Of a stretch of DNA of 64,000 nt, positions 11,667 to 26,947 are shown in pieces. Source of the DNA: Picochlorum sp. SENEW3 (lineage: Eukaryota); contig CP120462.1 of NCBI GenBank assembly GCA_034226945.1, forward strand, positions 248,001 through 312,000, in the 5' to 3' direction. The notes under the pieces were generated by a model. The model did not search any database, was not told where the DNA came from, and saw only the letters and a list, made by a program, of their open reading frames with translations. Every line of letters begins with the position of its first letter. Within the stretch, counting starts at the first letter, position 1. The translations under genes and the position numbers were made by a program.

Positions 11667-12185
11667 ATGTCTGATACTGCTGAAAACAAGCCAGCAGAGA
11701 CAAAGCCAACTGTCCCAGCGCTGGATTTGGAGTCTGCTGGTTCTGGATCGTCTGCTGGCGCCATGGATAGGAAAAGGAGTCTGTCCGGAAAGTTGAAGGG
11801 AAAGATCAAGAAAATGCTTACTCCAAGATCAACTCATTCGTCAAGCAGCAATCTGGCAGCAAAGGACGCGGAGTCTGTAAGCGAGGTATCTGAGAGTGTT
11901 GCAGAGGCTGAGGCACCATCTGTCACTGAGGAAAAGGTGCCATCTCGTTTCTCTCAGCAAAAGGAGGAAGACGTGGAGGAAGTAAGTGAAAAGAAGGAGG
12001 AGGCAGAGAAGGAGGAGGTGACAAAGGAGGCTTGCAAGCCCCCAAAAGGACTTATTGGTGGAGCTGCAGTAGGGGTAGCTCTGGTGCTGGGTATCATCTT
12101 GGCTGGCAGTGCAAAGGGTAAGTGTAAGGAGAAGCCAGCTGAAGAGGAGAAAGAGAAGAAAAAGGGCATGTTTGCAAGAAAGTAA
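11667..12185 (+). CDS. Hypothetical Ser/Glu-rich protein with one C-proximal TM helix and a basic tail
   Basis: 172-aa ORF, hydrophobic GLIGGAAVGVALVLGIILAG segment, TGTAA near 12250. Confidence 0.65.
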   Translation: MSDTAENKPAETKPTVPALDLESAGSGSSAGAMDRKRSLSGKLKGKIKKMLTPRSTHSSSSNLAAKDAESVSEVSESVAEAEAPSVTEEKVPSRFSQQKEEDVEEVSEKKEEAEKEEVTKEACKPPKGLIGGAAVGVALVLGIILAGSAKGKCKEKPAEEEKEKKKGMFARK

Positions 12186-12564
12186 AGCATGTGCGTACGT
12201 TGATTGATTAATTGATTGATTATGACGTTTGATTCGACAAGATGTTTTCTGTAACACCTACATCACTCCATCTTCCATGCTAATTCGTCCTGGCATATGT
12301 GCAAGGCGATTGGAGCCAGAGATTGAGGAAGATGCGCGTATCGACAGGGATGCTAATTACGCATCGACTGGGATATCCCTCATCGCGATGCTCAATGCAT
12401 CACGTTGATATTGACCGTCGTAGTGGCTTCTCCATCAGGAAGATCTCTCTGATTTTGGAAGAATCTGAGTTCCACAACCGGTGATATGTCATTAAGTTTT
12501 TTAATATTAGATTTGAGTCGTATTATACAGAGAATAGCCGAGAAAATACAGATACGAAGAGAGC

Positions 12565-13451
12565 ATGCCAAAAAGCAAACGCAATAAAGTTGGTGCGTTT
12601 TGGCGTTAATTCCTCACAAATGCATTATAATTATACATTTTGATTCTTGTATAGCATTGAAATAGATTATCTGCCGAATATATCGCGTTTACTCCATCTA
12701 CCTGTCATGCAGTGTCCCTGACAAAAGTGAAGAAAAAGGACAAACAATGGAAAGAAGGCTTGGTTTCTCAGATTCATTCAAATATAGATGAGTACGTCTT
12801 CTTCCTTTAGTGGCTTTATGAAAGCTATGGGGCGTTACGCGAGAAATTGACCGGAATGTTGTGCTGTGCAGGTATCCTAGAGTGTTCCTGTTGCGTTATG
12901 AGAACTTCAGGAACGAAAAGTTCAAAGAACTGCGTGAAAAGGTCAGATCTACAAGCAAATTTTGTTTGGGGTCCAATAAAGTACTGAAAGTTGCACTTGG
13001 AAACTCCGCAGCAGAGGAATACAAGACGAATCTGTCAGAACTTGCTGATGACATTAGGGGGAATGCTGGTCTTTTATTTAGTTCGTTGAGCAGAGAGGAG
13101 GTTGCAAAAATGATTGAGGACTTTGAGTTTATGGATTACGCACGAGCTGGTGCTGAAGCAACGGAAGATTTTGCATTGCCTGCTGGACCAGTATTGCAGT
13201 ATGGAGAGCCTATCGCTCACACTTTGGAGCCTACGCTGAGGCAGCATGGCATGCCCACCAAGTTGAACAAGGGAGTTGTAGAGCTTGTATCTGATTATAC
13301 AGTATGCTCTGAGGGTGATACGCTCACACCAGACCAGGCAGCATTGCTGCGGATATTTGGAGTGATGATGGCCAAGTTCCAGATGACCCTGGTTGGTGTG
13401 TGGGAAGATGACGAGTATACGCGGCTACTGGAAGACGAGGAAGATGAATAG
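12565..13451 (+). CDS. MRT4: Ribosome assembly factor Mrt4 (introns 12593-12712, 12792-12871)
   Basis: Spliced N-terminus [18 protein letters not shown]; uL10-like domain; [21 protein letters not shown]. Confidence 0.92.
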
Positions 13452-13494
13452 GTTGCATATTTCATTCATTATAACGTATATAGGCAATGCTACA

Positions 13495-14561
13495 TTATGC
13501 TTTATTCGCAGTGTTCTTAGATTTGTTACCCTGGCTTTTGTTGTGTTTCTTCTTCCAATGTCCAGGACCTCCAGAGCTCTTCTTCCTCTCTTGCCATTCT
13601 GGCATTAATCCAGCAGCGCGAGACTGCCCTTCTGGTCTACCGCCTCTGTCAGGAACATGTCCAATCCGAACAGTCTTCACGCGGGCATCATGAGTTCCTT
13701 CATGCTTACTCTCCATTAGCAAACTCACAATCTCTCCTTTTGTCATTGCAAATGCATCCTCAACACCCGCAACGTCACCCTCACAAATCATTTCCATAAT
13801 CTTGAGCGCTTCTTGCATCTTTGAGTCCAAAATATTCATCAAGCCTGGATTCTCCTGCACCAGCTGTGAGGAGGAAAACGACTTTAATGTTGCCAATGCC
13901 CGATCAACCATCATAGTCCTCCGCAATCGAGTCTCAGCATTTAATTGATCACTAATTTCATTAAGCATCCTCATTTGCTCCTCATTCCAAGCATGTGCAT
14001 CTGCTTGCACCATGACATCAAAAAAGCCTGGTGGCAATTCACCCTTGAGTTTTTCAATCTCTGTTGCGACCCTGCGCAATATACGTACTGCATTCTTCTC
14101 ACCAGAATCCATACCAATAGCCAATCCTAATCGCAATATATTCTCAGACAGATCCTTCTCCACATTGCCCCCATCAACCCCCTCCATATGACATGTTGCA
14201 CCCATGCTATTGGACTCCCTCGTACTCATCATCATGACCCCACACTGAATCGTTGATACTATATGATGCATTGCTAACATCCTCGACCTCCCAGGATTGC
14301 AGTCCGTGCACGCTGGCATGCCTAATGCAACAGCCAAGTCATACAGAGCCCCATCCAACACCTCAACAGACACATTGCAATCCTCTGCCATTTCAATCAC
14401 TCGCATCACACACCGATGAATCTCATCCAGTCCATCAAGGTCATCCTCAACAACACACACCACCCATGCGCGCCGAGCCAATTCGACACAGCAGCGCTGA
14501 AAACCCTGTCTCTTTACTTTGTACTCGACTAAATCATCCTCTTTCAGCCCATCCCCAATCC
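13495..14561 (-). CDS. FAM98-family protein (5' exon unresolved)
   Basis: RLRRTMMVDR..TLKSF and IGHVPDRGGRP motifs typical of FAM98; frame open back to a TGCAG acceptor near 14562; a candidate first exon lies near 14750-14785. Confidence 0.7.
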
Positions 14562-15682
14562 TGCACAGAAAATATTACATTGAAATAAAAATAATAAACA
14601 TAGTACCATGCATGATGCTAGGAAATTGAGAGAAAGAGGCCGCATTGTCAATTTACATTGTCGAATGCACGCACTTGAGATTGTCCAACCGATCCAGGAG
14701 ATCGCTCGCATTTTCATCCCTTATCGCATCAGCCCAATCCATTTTACATACACATGTAATACAATTCTGTACATGCCCAATGACATGCTCCATTTGAATG
14801 CTATTCGATAGTGTCAGATATCCTTATGCCGGTCCAAGTAAAGCCTGGACCGAATGGAATGAGATTCGAATCTAGATTCGATTTGAATGTTCCATAATAA
14901 AATATTCTCTAACGACTGCGTTGGTCAATCAACGATAAGACTCAGGTTGCGGGCGGAAAATTGCCGTCGGAATTCATATCACACTATCATTAATTGCATA
15001 TTTATATTGCAGTACTGGCTGGTACCTCAGCAGGGCTGTGTTCACTCGTACTGATACAGAAAAGGAGACGAGACCGAATCCGAGAGCGTCGTCATGCCGG
15101 TTATCAATTTTCCATACAAAAGACCGTTCTATAACCTGACACTCACTCCACAAGAGATTAATGTACGTATAATTGTCTGAAATTGGGCAGGGTTGGTGAC
15201 CATGTGTTTGTTTTGGCACTTGGGAGGGTTGCCTGTCGTGTGCGGCGTTGGTCCTTTCGGCTTGTCCTTGTTTCCTGCTTCCCAGAGGGAATGAGGGACG
15301 AGGGAGATGGGGAGTGACGATGCTGGTGGTGAAGTTGCAAGTATGTTTGAATTCATATGCATGGTGTGAATACATACAGGAGGATATCTCTCATGTAATG
15401 AGTCACACAAAGAGGAGGAGGAAGACATCACCAACACAGAATGGGTCGTGATTTGGTACTGATTGATACCCTTGCAATGATCAAGGGGGGACCATCTGCC
15501 TTTTCGTAGTAGTTGTATTGATTTTAGCAGCAGCAATAGTATTTGGTAGAATGCCATGGGGAGAAGATGGGATTATTTTATGACATGGGTTTTTGTCTGT
15601 TTTTTCTTGTTGACAACTACTACATGCTTTTTGGATGGCTATGGTCCACGCGTATTTGATACAAGAAAAGTAAGTAATGTAA

Positions 15683-17804
15683 TTAGAATCTGACAGATTT
15701 CGATATTTTCGATTTGATTCCAGTGGATTCTCCACCATAAGCACCTGCAGCTCCAGTCTTGACAGACTGGACTTGGCCTTTTCTGCGGACATTGGCTTCG
15801 GCAAATTTGATTCTGTGCTTTTTCCTTGGATTTTTGAGATCTTTTCTTCTGTGAGGAGTGAGACCTCTGTTCTTTTCGATCGCAGAATCGATTTTGCGTG
15901 CTCCTGATGCAACTGGCTCAGCCATGGGTGGATGGAGTTCATCGGGAGCCATGGCATCACGCCTTTGCTTCTTCTGACTTTCAATATGCCTCTTGGTTGC
16001 TTGATAGAACTCATTTTCCACTCGGGCCTCCCTTTGGTCTTCCACAGGATGAGAGATTGCTCTCTTGGCTCGGATACTGTCCATCTTTGCCCTTCTTGAG
16101 GATAGGGATTCCCTCTCTGGAATATCAGCATCCCCTGACGTAAGACTCTTTTTATACATATCTGAGAGGTCTGCGCCGTAACGTTGGTTGGTTTTGTGTC
16201 GAGAGAACCGTGGGTCGATTCCCAAATCATCAGCAGCCAAATCTGCAATGTCATCCTGGAAGTCATCCAAGAGGGCCTTTCCAGAGAGACCTGCACGTCG
16301 TTGTGCCTTAAGACGCTTTCTCTCATCTTTTGACAGAGGTACTCGAATCATAAGCTCTTCTTCCACCTCCTCGCGCGCTGCGAGCTTTTGTCTGTGCCTC
16401 AGCGCCTCTGCGGTGTCCATTCCAACTGGTGCACCCATTCTCTTTTCCTCTGGTGCTCCTGCGATTTCTGCAGCAAAATCTTGGATAAATGAGCTTCTTG
16501 CAGCCTTTCGAGATGCGTTTATCTGCTTTCGCCGTTCTTTAGAGGACAATCTTCCAGGACCAATGTCATCACCCTCATCAAGTTCCATTGAAATTGGATT
16601 GAGTCGAGGTGGCCTGTAGGTACCATCTTTATCGACATTTGAGCCCTTAACATTGTCCTCATCATCTACAACAAGAGCAACTGGTCTAGGCTTGTGAGAC
16701 AATATGTCTCCATTCTGAATCTGTTCAGCTTGTGCTCCGGAGATGGGCTGTCTACTCAGTTCCGCAGCTGCAAGGAGTTTCTCAATTTGATATTTCAGTT
16801 TCTTATCTATAGGACGAGTTTTCTCCAAATATGAACGAATCTCTATCAGTCTGTCTATCACAGGATGGTCTTTCACGGATTTGCCTTCAGATTTAAGAAG
16901 AAGGTAGAACACAAGGCAGGCTACATAGTGCAAGAGGAGGAGGTGCTTGGCTTCCAAATAACTAACACCTTCTGATGTCGCAATATTCCCTGATTTAATT
17001 TCTTGCAGCAGCGGACCCAATTTTCCTCTGATCTCAGACAAGGATGATCGCAACTCTTGCAGAAGAGCCTTCAACTCTAGAGCATCCTGCCTCACAGCAG
17101 CTGCTCGCAAATCTTTTGCATCATCATCCAACTCATCCATTTCCATAACGTTATCACCAAGATCGTCCTCACTTCCCTCTTCTTTTTCACTGCTAATCTC
17201 TCCATAGTCCTCTGTCTGCAGACGAGATGCAGCTTCCTTTTGAAGCCTTCGTGCCTCCTCTTCCTCAGCCTGGAGATCTTCTTCTTCCTCCGAGCCCTCC
17301 ATGTCAATGTTATCGGCATTGTAGTATGCACTTTTACGAGCTCCCCAGCCATCCTGTTCCTCTTCATCCTCCTCCTCGCTGCTTTCCTCGGAAGATTCAG
17401 ACTCCTCATCCTCACCTCGGGCAATATCAAGTTTTGCTTTAATTGCTCTTGCTTGTTTCAACACTGCAAGTAGATATCAGTATCGGTCATATATATTCAA
17501 TTGAATCAGAAAGGCACCGCATCCAAAACGCACATTGACCATATTTTGTTCCTTTTTCAATTTCCTCCTCAGAATCCAGATCACTAGAACCTCCATCTTC
17601 TGAGTCAGAACCAGCCTCTCCAAGAGGAAGTGCCTCCTCCTCCTCTTCTGATTCAGAGAGATCTTCCCCATCATCACTTTCATCTAGAGAACTGTCATTA
17701 TTCTTCTCTCTATTGTACCTCTCTATGTCATCCTCGTATTCTTCCCTCTGTTGCGACGCTGCTGCCCTCCTGTCGCTAGACTTCCTTCGCCTCGTGCTCA
17801 CCAT
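15683..17804 (-). CDS. SAS10: U3 snoRNP protein Sas10/Utp3 (intron 17464-17533)
   Basis: Acidic N-terminus, Sas10/Utp3 domain (YLEAKHLLLLHY..HPVIDRL) and C-terminal KNRGLTPHRRKDLKNPRKKHR...YGGESTGI. Confidence 0.92.
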
Positions 17805-18270
17805 TATATTCCTCTACTTTGACCACAAAACACTAGTGCACTATAGTATGCTTTGAACGAAGCGACTACCAAGACCTTGTCAAAGAGTAATGTGACATGC
17901 ATGCAAGAGAGCCAAACACTTCAACGCAGTCAGAGCACAAATCACAAATGGCGACTTCTAAATACTCTGAATTATGAATAAATTGTATTGGTTCCTTCTG
18001 AATCCGCTTGCACGTGTCTACGCAATTGGATGATGGACCAAGGGCCTGGCACACTCATCCCTTGATGACGGATTCCACGTTCTTGGCATTAAACACCACA
18101 ATGCACGCATTCTGCCCCATTAAATTATCATTTATTGAGATAAAGCATACAAATTAGAATCAAGGTGCTTCCTAGGTGGCTTGGTTTGGCTCGAATAGGC
18201 TACTCGAGAGTGAAGATAACCGTCGTTGAACAATCTATTCGCAGCTGACTTTGCCAAATGGACATGTGAA

Positions 18271-19949
18271 ATGCCTTCAAAGTTGAATTTTCAAGCGAAG
18301 GAATGGTTGCCACCAGGAGGGCTCTCCAAGCAGTTCCGGTCAACTCCGGGGGAGCAAGACGAGGCTGCGTATGGTGGAACGGCACAAATTTCTCAAGATG
18401 AGGGCAAAGGTAGCGCACGGAATATTTCTGCTGACACCATGGGTATACTTGGAACTAAACAGAGTGATTATGGTTCTCGTGATGGAAATATTGAGCAGTC
18501 TAGGAGCCTGTCTTCCAACAGTGATATCCTTGGTGACGCTGATGAACTGCAATTTGAAGAAGTTTTCGACCCCCACAATACGTCAGAACGTTCTAGCCCG
18601 CGTTCTACCCCCAAAGCATCGGTGCGTTTTTGATTGAGAGCATGTGATTTGAATACAAGTAAACTTATGCGTTTCTATTTCCATCTCAGCTTGTTGGACC
18701 TTCGCCATTACCATCCCCAGTTGCTTCGCCTCATACACACACATGTGCATCGTTGATGAAGCAAACAGAGAGACTTTCTTTGGCTCTTGAAGCAAAGAGA
18801 GGGGAATTGTCATCTCGATCGGAGAAGGAGATTGAAAACGAAAAGGAAGAGCCTACAGTGACAACACATGTTGAGACTGAAACAAGTGCTGCGGCTTCAG
18901 GTAGCAGCACCAAGAAACTTGGACCAGATGACTTTGAATTATTGCGTGTTGTTGGTCAAGGAGCTTTTGGAAAGGTCTTTCAGGTCAGAAAGACTGATAC
19001 AGGGGAAATTTTTGCCATGAAAGTCATGAAGAAGGATAGAATCTTGGAGAAGAGTCATGGGGAATATGTTAGAGCAGAGAGAAATGCTTTAACTTCTATA
19101 GTTCATCCCTACATCGTCACTCTTCGTTATTCATTTCAGACAAAGAAGAAACTGTACTTGGTTTTAGACTTTATAAATGGGGGCCATCTGTTCTTCCAGC
19201 TGTACAGAGCTGGAACTTTTGATGAGGATTTGGCACGGTTATATACAGCAGAACTGGTCTCTGCAATATCACATCTCCATTCACTCGGCTTTGTGCATAG
19301 AGACTTGAAGCCAGAAAATGTTCTCCTTGATGCACAAGGTCATGTCAAAGTCACTGATTTTGGACTGGCAAAAGGCAACATGAGTGATGCAGAACATCAT
19401 AGGACCAACAGTTTCATCGGAACCATGGAATATATGGCTCCAGAAGTCATTCAAGGAAAAGGCCACGGCAAGGCTGTGGATTGGTGGAGCACGGGTATCC
19501 TTTTGTATGAGATGCTCTGTGGCATGCCACCATTTAGGGCAAAGAGCAGGCCTGCCCTCCAGAAGCTGATCGTCTCTGGAAAATTCAAATTACCCCCATA
19601 TTTGAGTTCAGATGCTTGCAGTATCTTGAAAGGTCTTCTTCAGAAGGATGCGTCAAAAAGGCTAGGCTTTGGGGACGATGGATCCAGTGCTGTCAAAAAG
19701 CACCCATTTTTCAAAACAATCGATTGGAAAAAACTAGACAAGAGGGACATCCGCTCGCCCTTCAGGCCTAACCTTCAGAGCCATGAATCAGTGGAGAATT
19801 TCGACAAGATATGGACCGATTTACCTCCGCACGATTCCCCATGCTCGACTCCTACTAAAGGATCCTTGGGTGAAAATGGTGAATTCGACGGATTTACCTA
19901 CGTTGCCCCTTCATTGCTGGCACAATTCAGCCCTGGCAAATTTCATTAA
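18271..19949 (+). CDS. S6K: Ribosomal protein S6 kinase-like AGC kinase (intron 18622-18689)
   Basis: GQGAFGKV, HRDLKPEN, DFG, hydrophobic motif FDGFTYVAP; the splice junction gives the plant S6K-like SLVGPS. Confidence 0.88.
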
Positions 19950-20011
19950 TAAATATAGCGTTATTTTTTGCTTACATACGTAAATACGAGTAAAATTAGT
20001 GAAAGAATGAT

Positions 20012-21711
20012 ATGAAGACTGAAGGTTCTCTAACAACGAGGGTGATTGACTCTGCTTCCTCCGCTGTTTCTACAGTGAAGAATGCATTCGTCAAACCTTC
20101 TGGGAACCTTGAAAAAGTACAGAATTTATTTATAACTGAGCTTCGAGACAGAGATTCGGAATTCTTGTTGGTAGCTGGTTCAGAAAATACCCTTCGAACT
20201 GGTTTGTTGGGGCTAGGTCCTACAAAACGAGAGACGAGTTTGAAAACGTTATGGACTTTGTTGGACACGCTACCCGTAAGGTGGGTTATGATTTGCTTAC
20301 GATGTACAAAAAATGGACCATTGTCTCAAGAGGTTCTTGACGCAGGGATTTCTGTCTGATACCAGTAGTAGTCTCAGGGGAAGGAACAGCAACAATATTT
20401 TTGGGTATAGCATCTGATCATAGCAATTGCATTAAGATGTATGATATTGACAGTGGTAGTCTTGTGACTGAATTTACAGTGGACTGTGATGAAGTGTTGG
20501 GTCTGCAATGTACATTAGATGGAGTGCTTTTAGTTCAGACTGCTAATCATTTGGTAGGGTATTGTCTTGTTGAGGATGAATTCAGGCACCAATTTACTGT
20601 CCTGACGACTTCAGATGGAAATGAAAGCAGGGAATCCTTTGCTCTCGGCCCAAGATGGATGGCGTTCTCAACGAACGTTGAATGCTCTGATGAGCATGAT
20701 GAAACACAGATGATGTTGAATCAGGATTTGAAATCGAGATTGTCCAGTTTGGCAACTTCTGCAACAAACAGTATATCCTCTAGGTTGTCACGTCTATCGG
20801 TGCAATATTGGCATAAAAATTCTGCCGAGGCTTCTGAATATCTGGGCCACGTGCTTGTTAAAGATCTGTACTCCAGGGATACCCTGGCACATTTTAAGGC
20901 ACATGGTTCCCAGATTTCCTGCATGCAATTTTCTAACAGCGGACTTCTTCTGTGCACAGCTAGTACATCTGGAAATAGATTGAAAGTATTTTTAATCACA
21001 AGAAATGAAGCTCCCACTGGACTCCCGTATAAAGCTGTTCTTCAGTATGTCTTGTTCCGCGGTAGAACTCAAAGCATGATCACTGCTATTTCTTGGAGTA
21101 AAAAGGATGATTATCTGGCAGTCTCTTCGTCAAGAGGTACTACTCATATTTTTCATCTAGAAGAGAGATCTTCCATGGATATCGAGCCAGAAGGGGAGCC
21201 AATTCACTCATTCAGGCCCTTTGAAGCCCTCCAAGAAAAAGGAGGTGTCAGAAACCTCAATCCTGTTGCTCGAATACATTCCGGTGGCCTCATCGACAAA
21301 GTCTCAAATGCGCAAGATAAAATTTCAGAAGCGTTGGGATCGGAATACAATACAACTTGCCGGACATTTCCTTGCTTTGTATCGTTCAATCCAACTGCAC
21401 ACATCACCAATGGCCATTTTTCCATCAGTGGTGCTTTGTTAATGATTGCATATGAGGATGGGACGATTAGATGTTACGCACTAAACGAATATTCAGAAGA
21501 TCAAGATGAAAAGAAAAGTGTCAGGGTGGATTTGATAAAAAACTGGAGTCTCTCTGAGATGATTGATTGTCAACATGGCTCTCTCGGGACAGCACCTCTG
21601 ATGCTGAATGCTGGTGGCCCCTACTCTAAAGCTATCGACCCAACTTCTTATGGATTCTTACATTCCCATGGACCCAAGGTATGGGGTAGAAACAATTTTC
21701 AATTGCAATAG
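20012..21711 (+). CDS. BCAS3/ATG18-like WD40 (PROPPIN) protein (intron 20281-20345)
   Basis: FALGPRWMAF, AHFKAH.SQISCMQFS.SGLLLCTAS, LFRGRT and SSSRGTTHIF motifs. Confidence 0.8.
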
Positions 21712-21885
21712 TGTATCTGTATAGTAATATGATGTATATTATTCCTTAATGCTGCTGATGTCATTCAGCACAAATACCAACCTGATGATGGCATCGTGGC
21801 CATAAAATCAAACCCTTACACTCGCCCATCGAAGACACAAAAAAACAGCGCAATAATTGGATTTTCATGAGTAATCAAACTTATT

Positions 21886-22475
21886 ATGGGCTCCAATACA
21901 TCTAGATTGCACTCGGCTGTGCTCGAGTCGAATCTACGAGTTTTGAAAAAGCTGGTTGAAAAACGTGGAGTAGACGTAGAGACGGAATTCCCTGCCCAAA
22001 ATTGTGCAACTAGTGAGCAATACAAGGATAAATTGGTCGTTGTGAGGGCCATACATGTCGCTGCACGACATGGGTACGTTCAGGAAATGGCTCTCCCAAG
22101 TTTGGATACAACTCAATGATTGTTGACTCTTGCAGGAATGACATTGCGATGGAATTTTTGTTGAATGAGCTTGGGGCGTATGAGGATCCAGTGTCCGGAG
22201 TTGGTGATACACCGCTCATGCTTGCTGCTCAGCATAATCATTTAAGGTGCATCTATCTTCTTCTAATTGCAGGTGCAGATGCAACAACTGAGAACTTTGA
22301 TGGAAAGAATGCGTTGCAGATTGCAGAGGAATCAGGATCACGTGAAGCTTTGCAATGTCTCCGAGGAGAACGAACCGAAGTTCCGATCACTGATGAGTCT
22401 GCAAGACTCGCATCCATTGGTGTGTACAGCATCTCATCCCAAGATATTAGAAACTTTTTGACAGGCTTTGCTTGA
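21886..22475 (+). CDS. Small ankyrin-repeat protein (intron 22074-22135)
   Basis: AIHVAARHG, GDTPLMLAA and GKNALQIA ankyrin motifs; in-phase intron; MG start (possible myristoylation). Confidence 0.8.
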
Positions 22476-22713
22476 GTAATTTAGTTCATGATTTCGTTTC
22501 GTCATAGTGAAAAAAGTGATGTTTGATTCTTTTCTATCAGAATGTACCATAGCGCTCCTATAGAGTTGATGTAATTGATGAATGTGTTTGGGTCTTCCAA
22601 TAGTTTGGTCCAAGAAAGCAGGACATTGGCCCTTCCAAGCATTCTTATTCTCTGCCAAAAAAGGAAAAGAAACTAAAGGTTACTCAGTGACGAGATATCA
22701 AATATTTTAATGA

Positions 22714-23850
22714 ATGATAGGCTATCATTTGCGGTGCTTCAGGTTGTTCACCTCCCCGCATACATTGCTTGAAAGGCTTTGCCACAGCCAAGCGATAACC
22801 TCGCACATACGAGACACGTCGATACCCAGTCAATTTAGGAAACAAATGGGTTTATTGAATAGAGTGAGACCCTTAACATCGTACGCGAATGCGACCAGCG
22901 ATATTGTGCAACCGTCGGAAGGAGGAAAGGTATGCCTTTGAATGCGCTTTTGAGTACAGAGTACCCAAATTCTGACACGACCGTGTCTCATTCAGGTCAA
23001 AGTCGCTCTTTGCCAACTATCGGTAACGGACGACAAGCAGTCCAACATTTTAAATGCGAGATCATTGATTCATGAGGCAGCAGAAAATGGGGCAGAGCTC
23101 ATTGTGCTTCCCGAGATGTGGAATTGCCCCTATTCCAATGATTCATTTCCAACCTATGCAGAAGATCTGGATTCAGGATTTGCCCCAACATTCACATTCA
23201 TGTCTGAGACGGCAAAGAACTTGGGTATTGTGCTTGTAGGAGGCTCCATTCCTGAGAAGAGTCAAGAAAAGCTATACAACTCCTGCTTTATTTTTGGCAA
23301 GACTGGGCAGATGTTGGGGCGCTTTAGCAAGCTGCATCTATTTGATATTGACATTCCAGGGAAGATCACATTCAAAGAGTCCGAAACCCTCACGAGTGGC
23401 ACAGGCCCATTGCTGGTTGATACAGAAGTTGGCCGTATTGCGGTCGGTATCTGTTATGACATCAGATTCCCAGAGCTAGCTGGTTTGTATGCATCGCGTG
23501 GAGCACAGATTCTGATTTACCCTGGAGCATTTAATATGACGACTGGTCCATTGCATTGGGAGTTGCTACAGAGGGCAAGAGCGGTAGACAATCAATTGTG
23601 TGTTTTAACATGCTCTCCTGCAAGGAATCAGGACGGGCCATACGTTGCGTGGGGCCATTCTACTGCTGTTGGGCCATTTGGAGAGGTTGTGGCAACCACA
23701 GACCATTCTCAGGATATTGTGTACGCTGAGCTGGATTTGGATCAGATACCTGCCAGACGGGCAAATATGCCTCTGCAGCAACAGAAGAGGTCTGATTTGT
23801 ATGCATTAATGGATTTGACACGAGACGAACCCGTTGCAGAGACAAAATGA
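22714..23850 (+). CDS. NIT2: Omega-amidase, nitrilase superfamily, with N-terminal extension (intron 22930-22995)
   Basis: LPEMWN, KLHLFDIDIPG and GICYDIRF give the E-K-C triad; AFNMTTGPLHW. Confidence 0.9.
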
Positions 23851-23909
23851 TCCTTGTTTAAAATGTTACATCTCCCAACATGCAATAATAATACCATGGT
23901 ATCAACATA

Positions 23910-24335
23910 TTAGCGAGATTTGAGGTACTCCTGGAGGACTGCAAGACCCTCAGTCTCCTCTCCGTAGTCTGTGACGACAGCGCAGGAGCATCCGACAACC
24001 TTGCGGGCTTCTCCTTCTTCGTCAATCTTGCAAAGACCGGCCCACTGTCCAAGCTGCTTGTTCTCTGGGACAGCAATCAAATTGACTCCCTGCTCGGCAC
24101 AAAGAGCCTCAATGAGCTTTTTGTAATCTGGCTGATTGCAATCGTCAGCCAACACACAGAGCTGAGCCTGTCCGCGCTCAATTGCACGAGAAGCCTCGTG
24201 AAGACCACGAGAAAGGCCATCGTGGGCGAGAGCCTTCTTCAAAACCACCTGAATGGCAGTGTTGATGTCCATTCCCTCAGCTGGGGCGGCAGGAGCCTCC
24301 TGCACAGATTTTGGGCTATCCCCTCCGTCAGACAT
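23910..24335 (-). CDS. RPS12: 40S ribosomal protein S12 (eS12)
   Basis: [16 protein letters not shown] and [22 protein letters not shown]; a 5'UTR intron acceptor is likely near 24392. Confidence 0.97.
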   Translation of the reverse strand: MSDGGDSPKSVQEAPAAPAEGMDINTAIQVVLKKALAHDGLSRGLHEASRAIERGQAQLCVLADDCNQPDYKKLIEALCAEQGVNLIAVPENKQLGQWAGLCKIDEEGEARKVVGCSCAVVTDYGEETEGLAVLQEYLKSR

Positions 24336-25115
24336 TTTGGTCCTTGACAACTGTTTTGTGTCTCCCTTTAAGTCTTCTGTCTTTGAGGTACCCTGCGAAG
24401 AAAGAGAACAAGGTCAGAATTTTACTAGATACATCACTTGGTCGATCAGCCCGTAATGCCGTGTTTCCTGCCTTAAGGACCCAGAACATGGAATAATAAC
24501 ACCACATGAATAGATTAAGAAGAATAACGAACGACCATTCCATCGCCGCCAGACCTTGTTTGACGAGTGCTCACGGAACGCAGGGAGCAGTCGACAAACT
24601 TGAACATTTCTCGGCCTTCCCACCCCTATCTGATGATAGTAAGACGTACCTATATCCGGATATCTCTCAAATAAATTATTGTTTGTGAATACGCGTGCAT
24701 CCACGTGGGAGATGGTACGATCGATTGGCGGCATGCCGCAGACAATCTATGTCATCTCAGAGCAACGGTCAAATGAAGGTATTCACGGGACATGATCAAA
24801 CAAGCATTGAGCATGGTCGTGACCATGCTCCATGTTGCACATGGCACAATTCCTATGCATGAGCCCGGGGGAAATCATTAGAAACAGAGATATAAAACAA
24901 AGAGTGGGGTATATACTGCTATACTTGAATATGCAAGCGTGTGCTTAATTCTGCAGTTCTGTTGCGTTCTTTTTCTACACGTACTCCATGCATACGGATA
25001 TTCAAGGTATCTGATTATTCCAAATCTATCTTATGTAAAACGTGACGGTGATTGGGAGGAATAGCTGGCAGTCTGAATCAAAACATTGTCTGCAGCAGCA
25101 AGAAGGAAGAGAGCC

Positions 25116-26910
<1,795 letters not shown>

Positions 26911-26947
26911 ATGGTCCACACCTTTATAATTTATTTCAATAATTTAT

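Noticed and set aside
24390..24510. Possible C/D snoRNA in the RPS12 5'UTR intron (CTGA...GTGATGT...CTGA on the minus strand)
   Set aside because: No convincing terminal C box and no rRNA complement next to a D box that I could verify; needs snoscan or Rfam.
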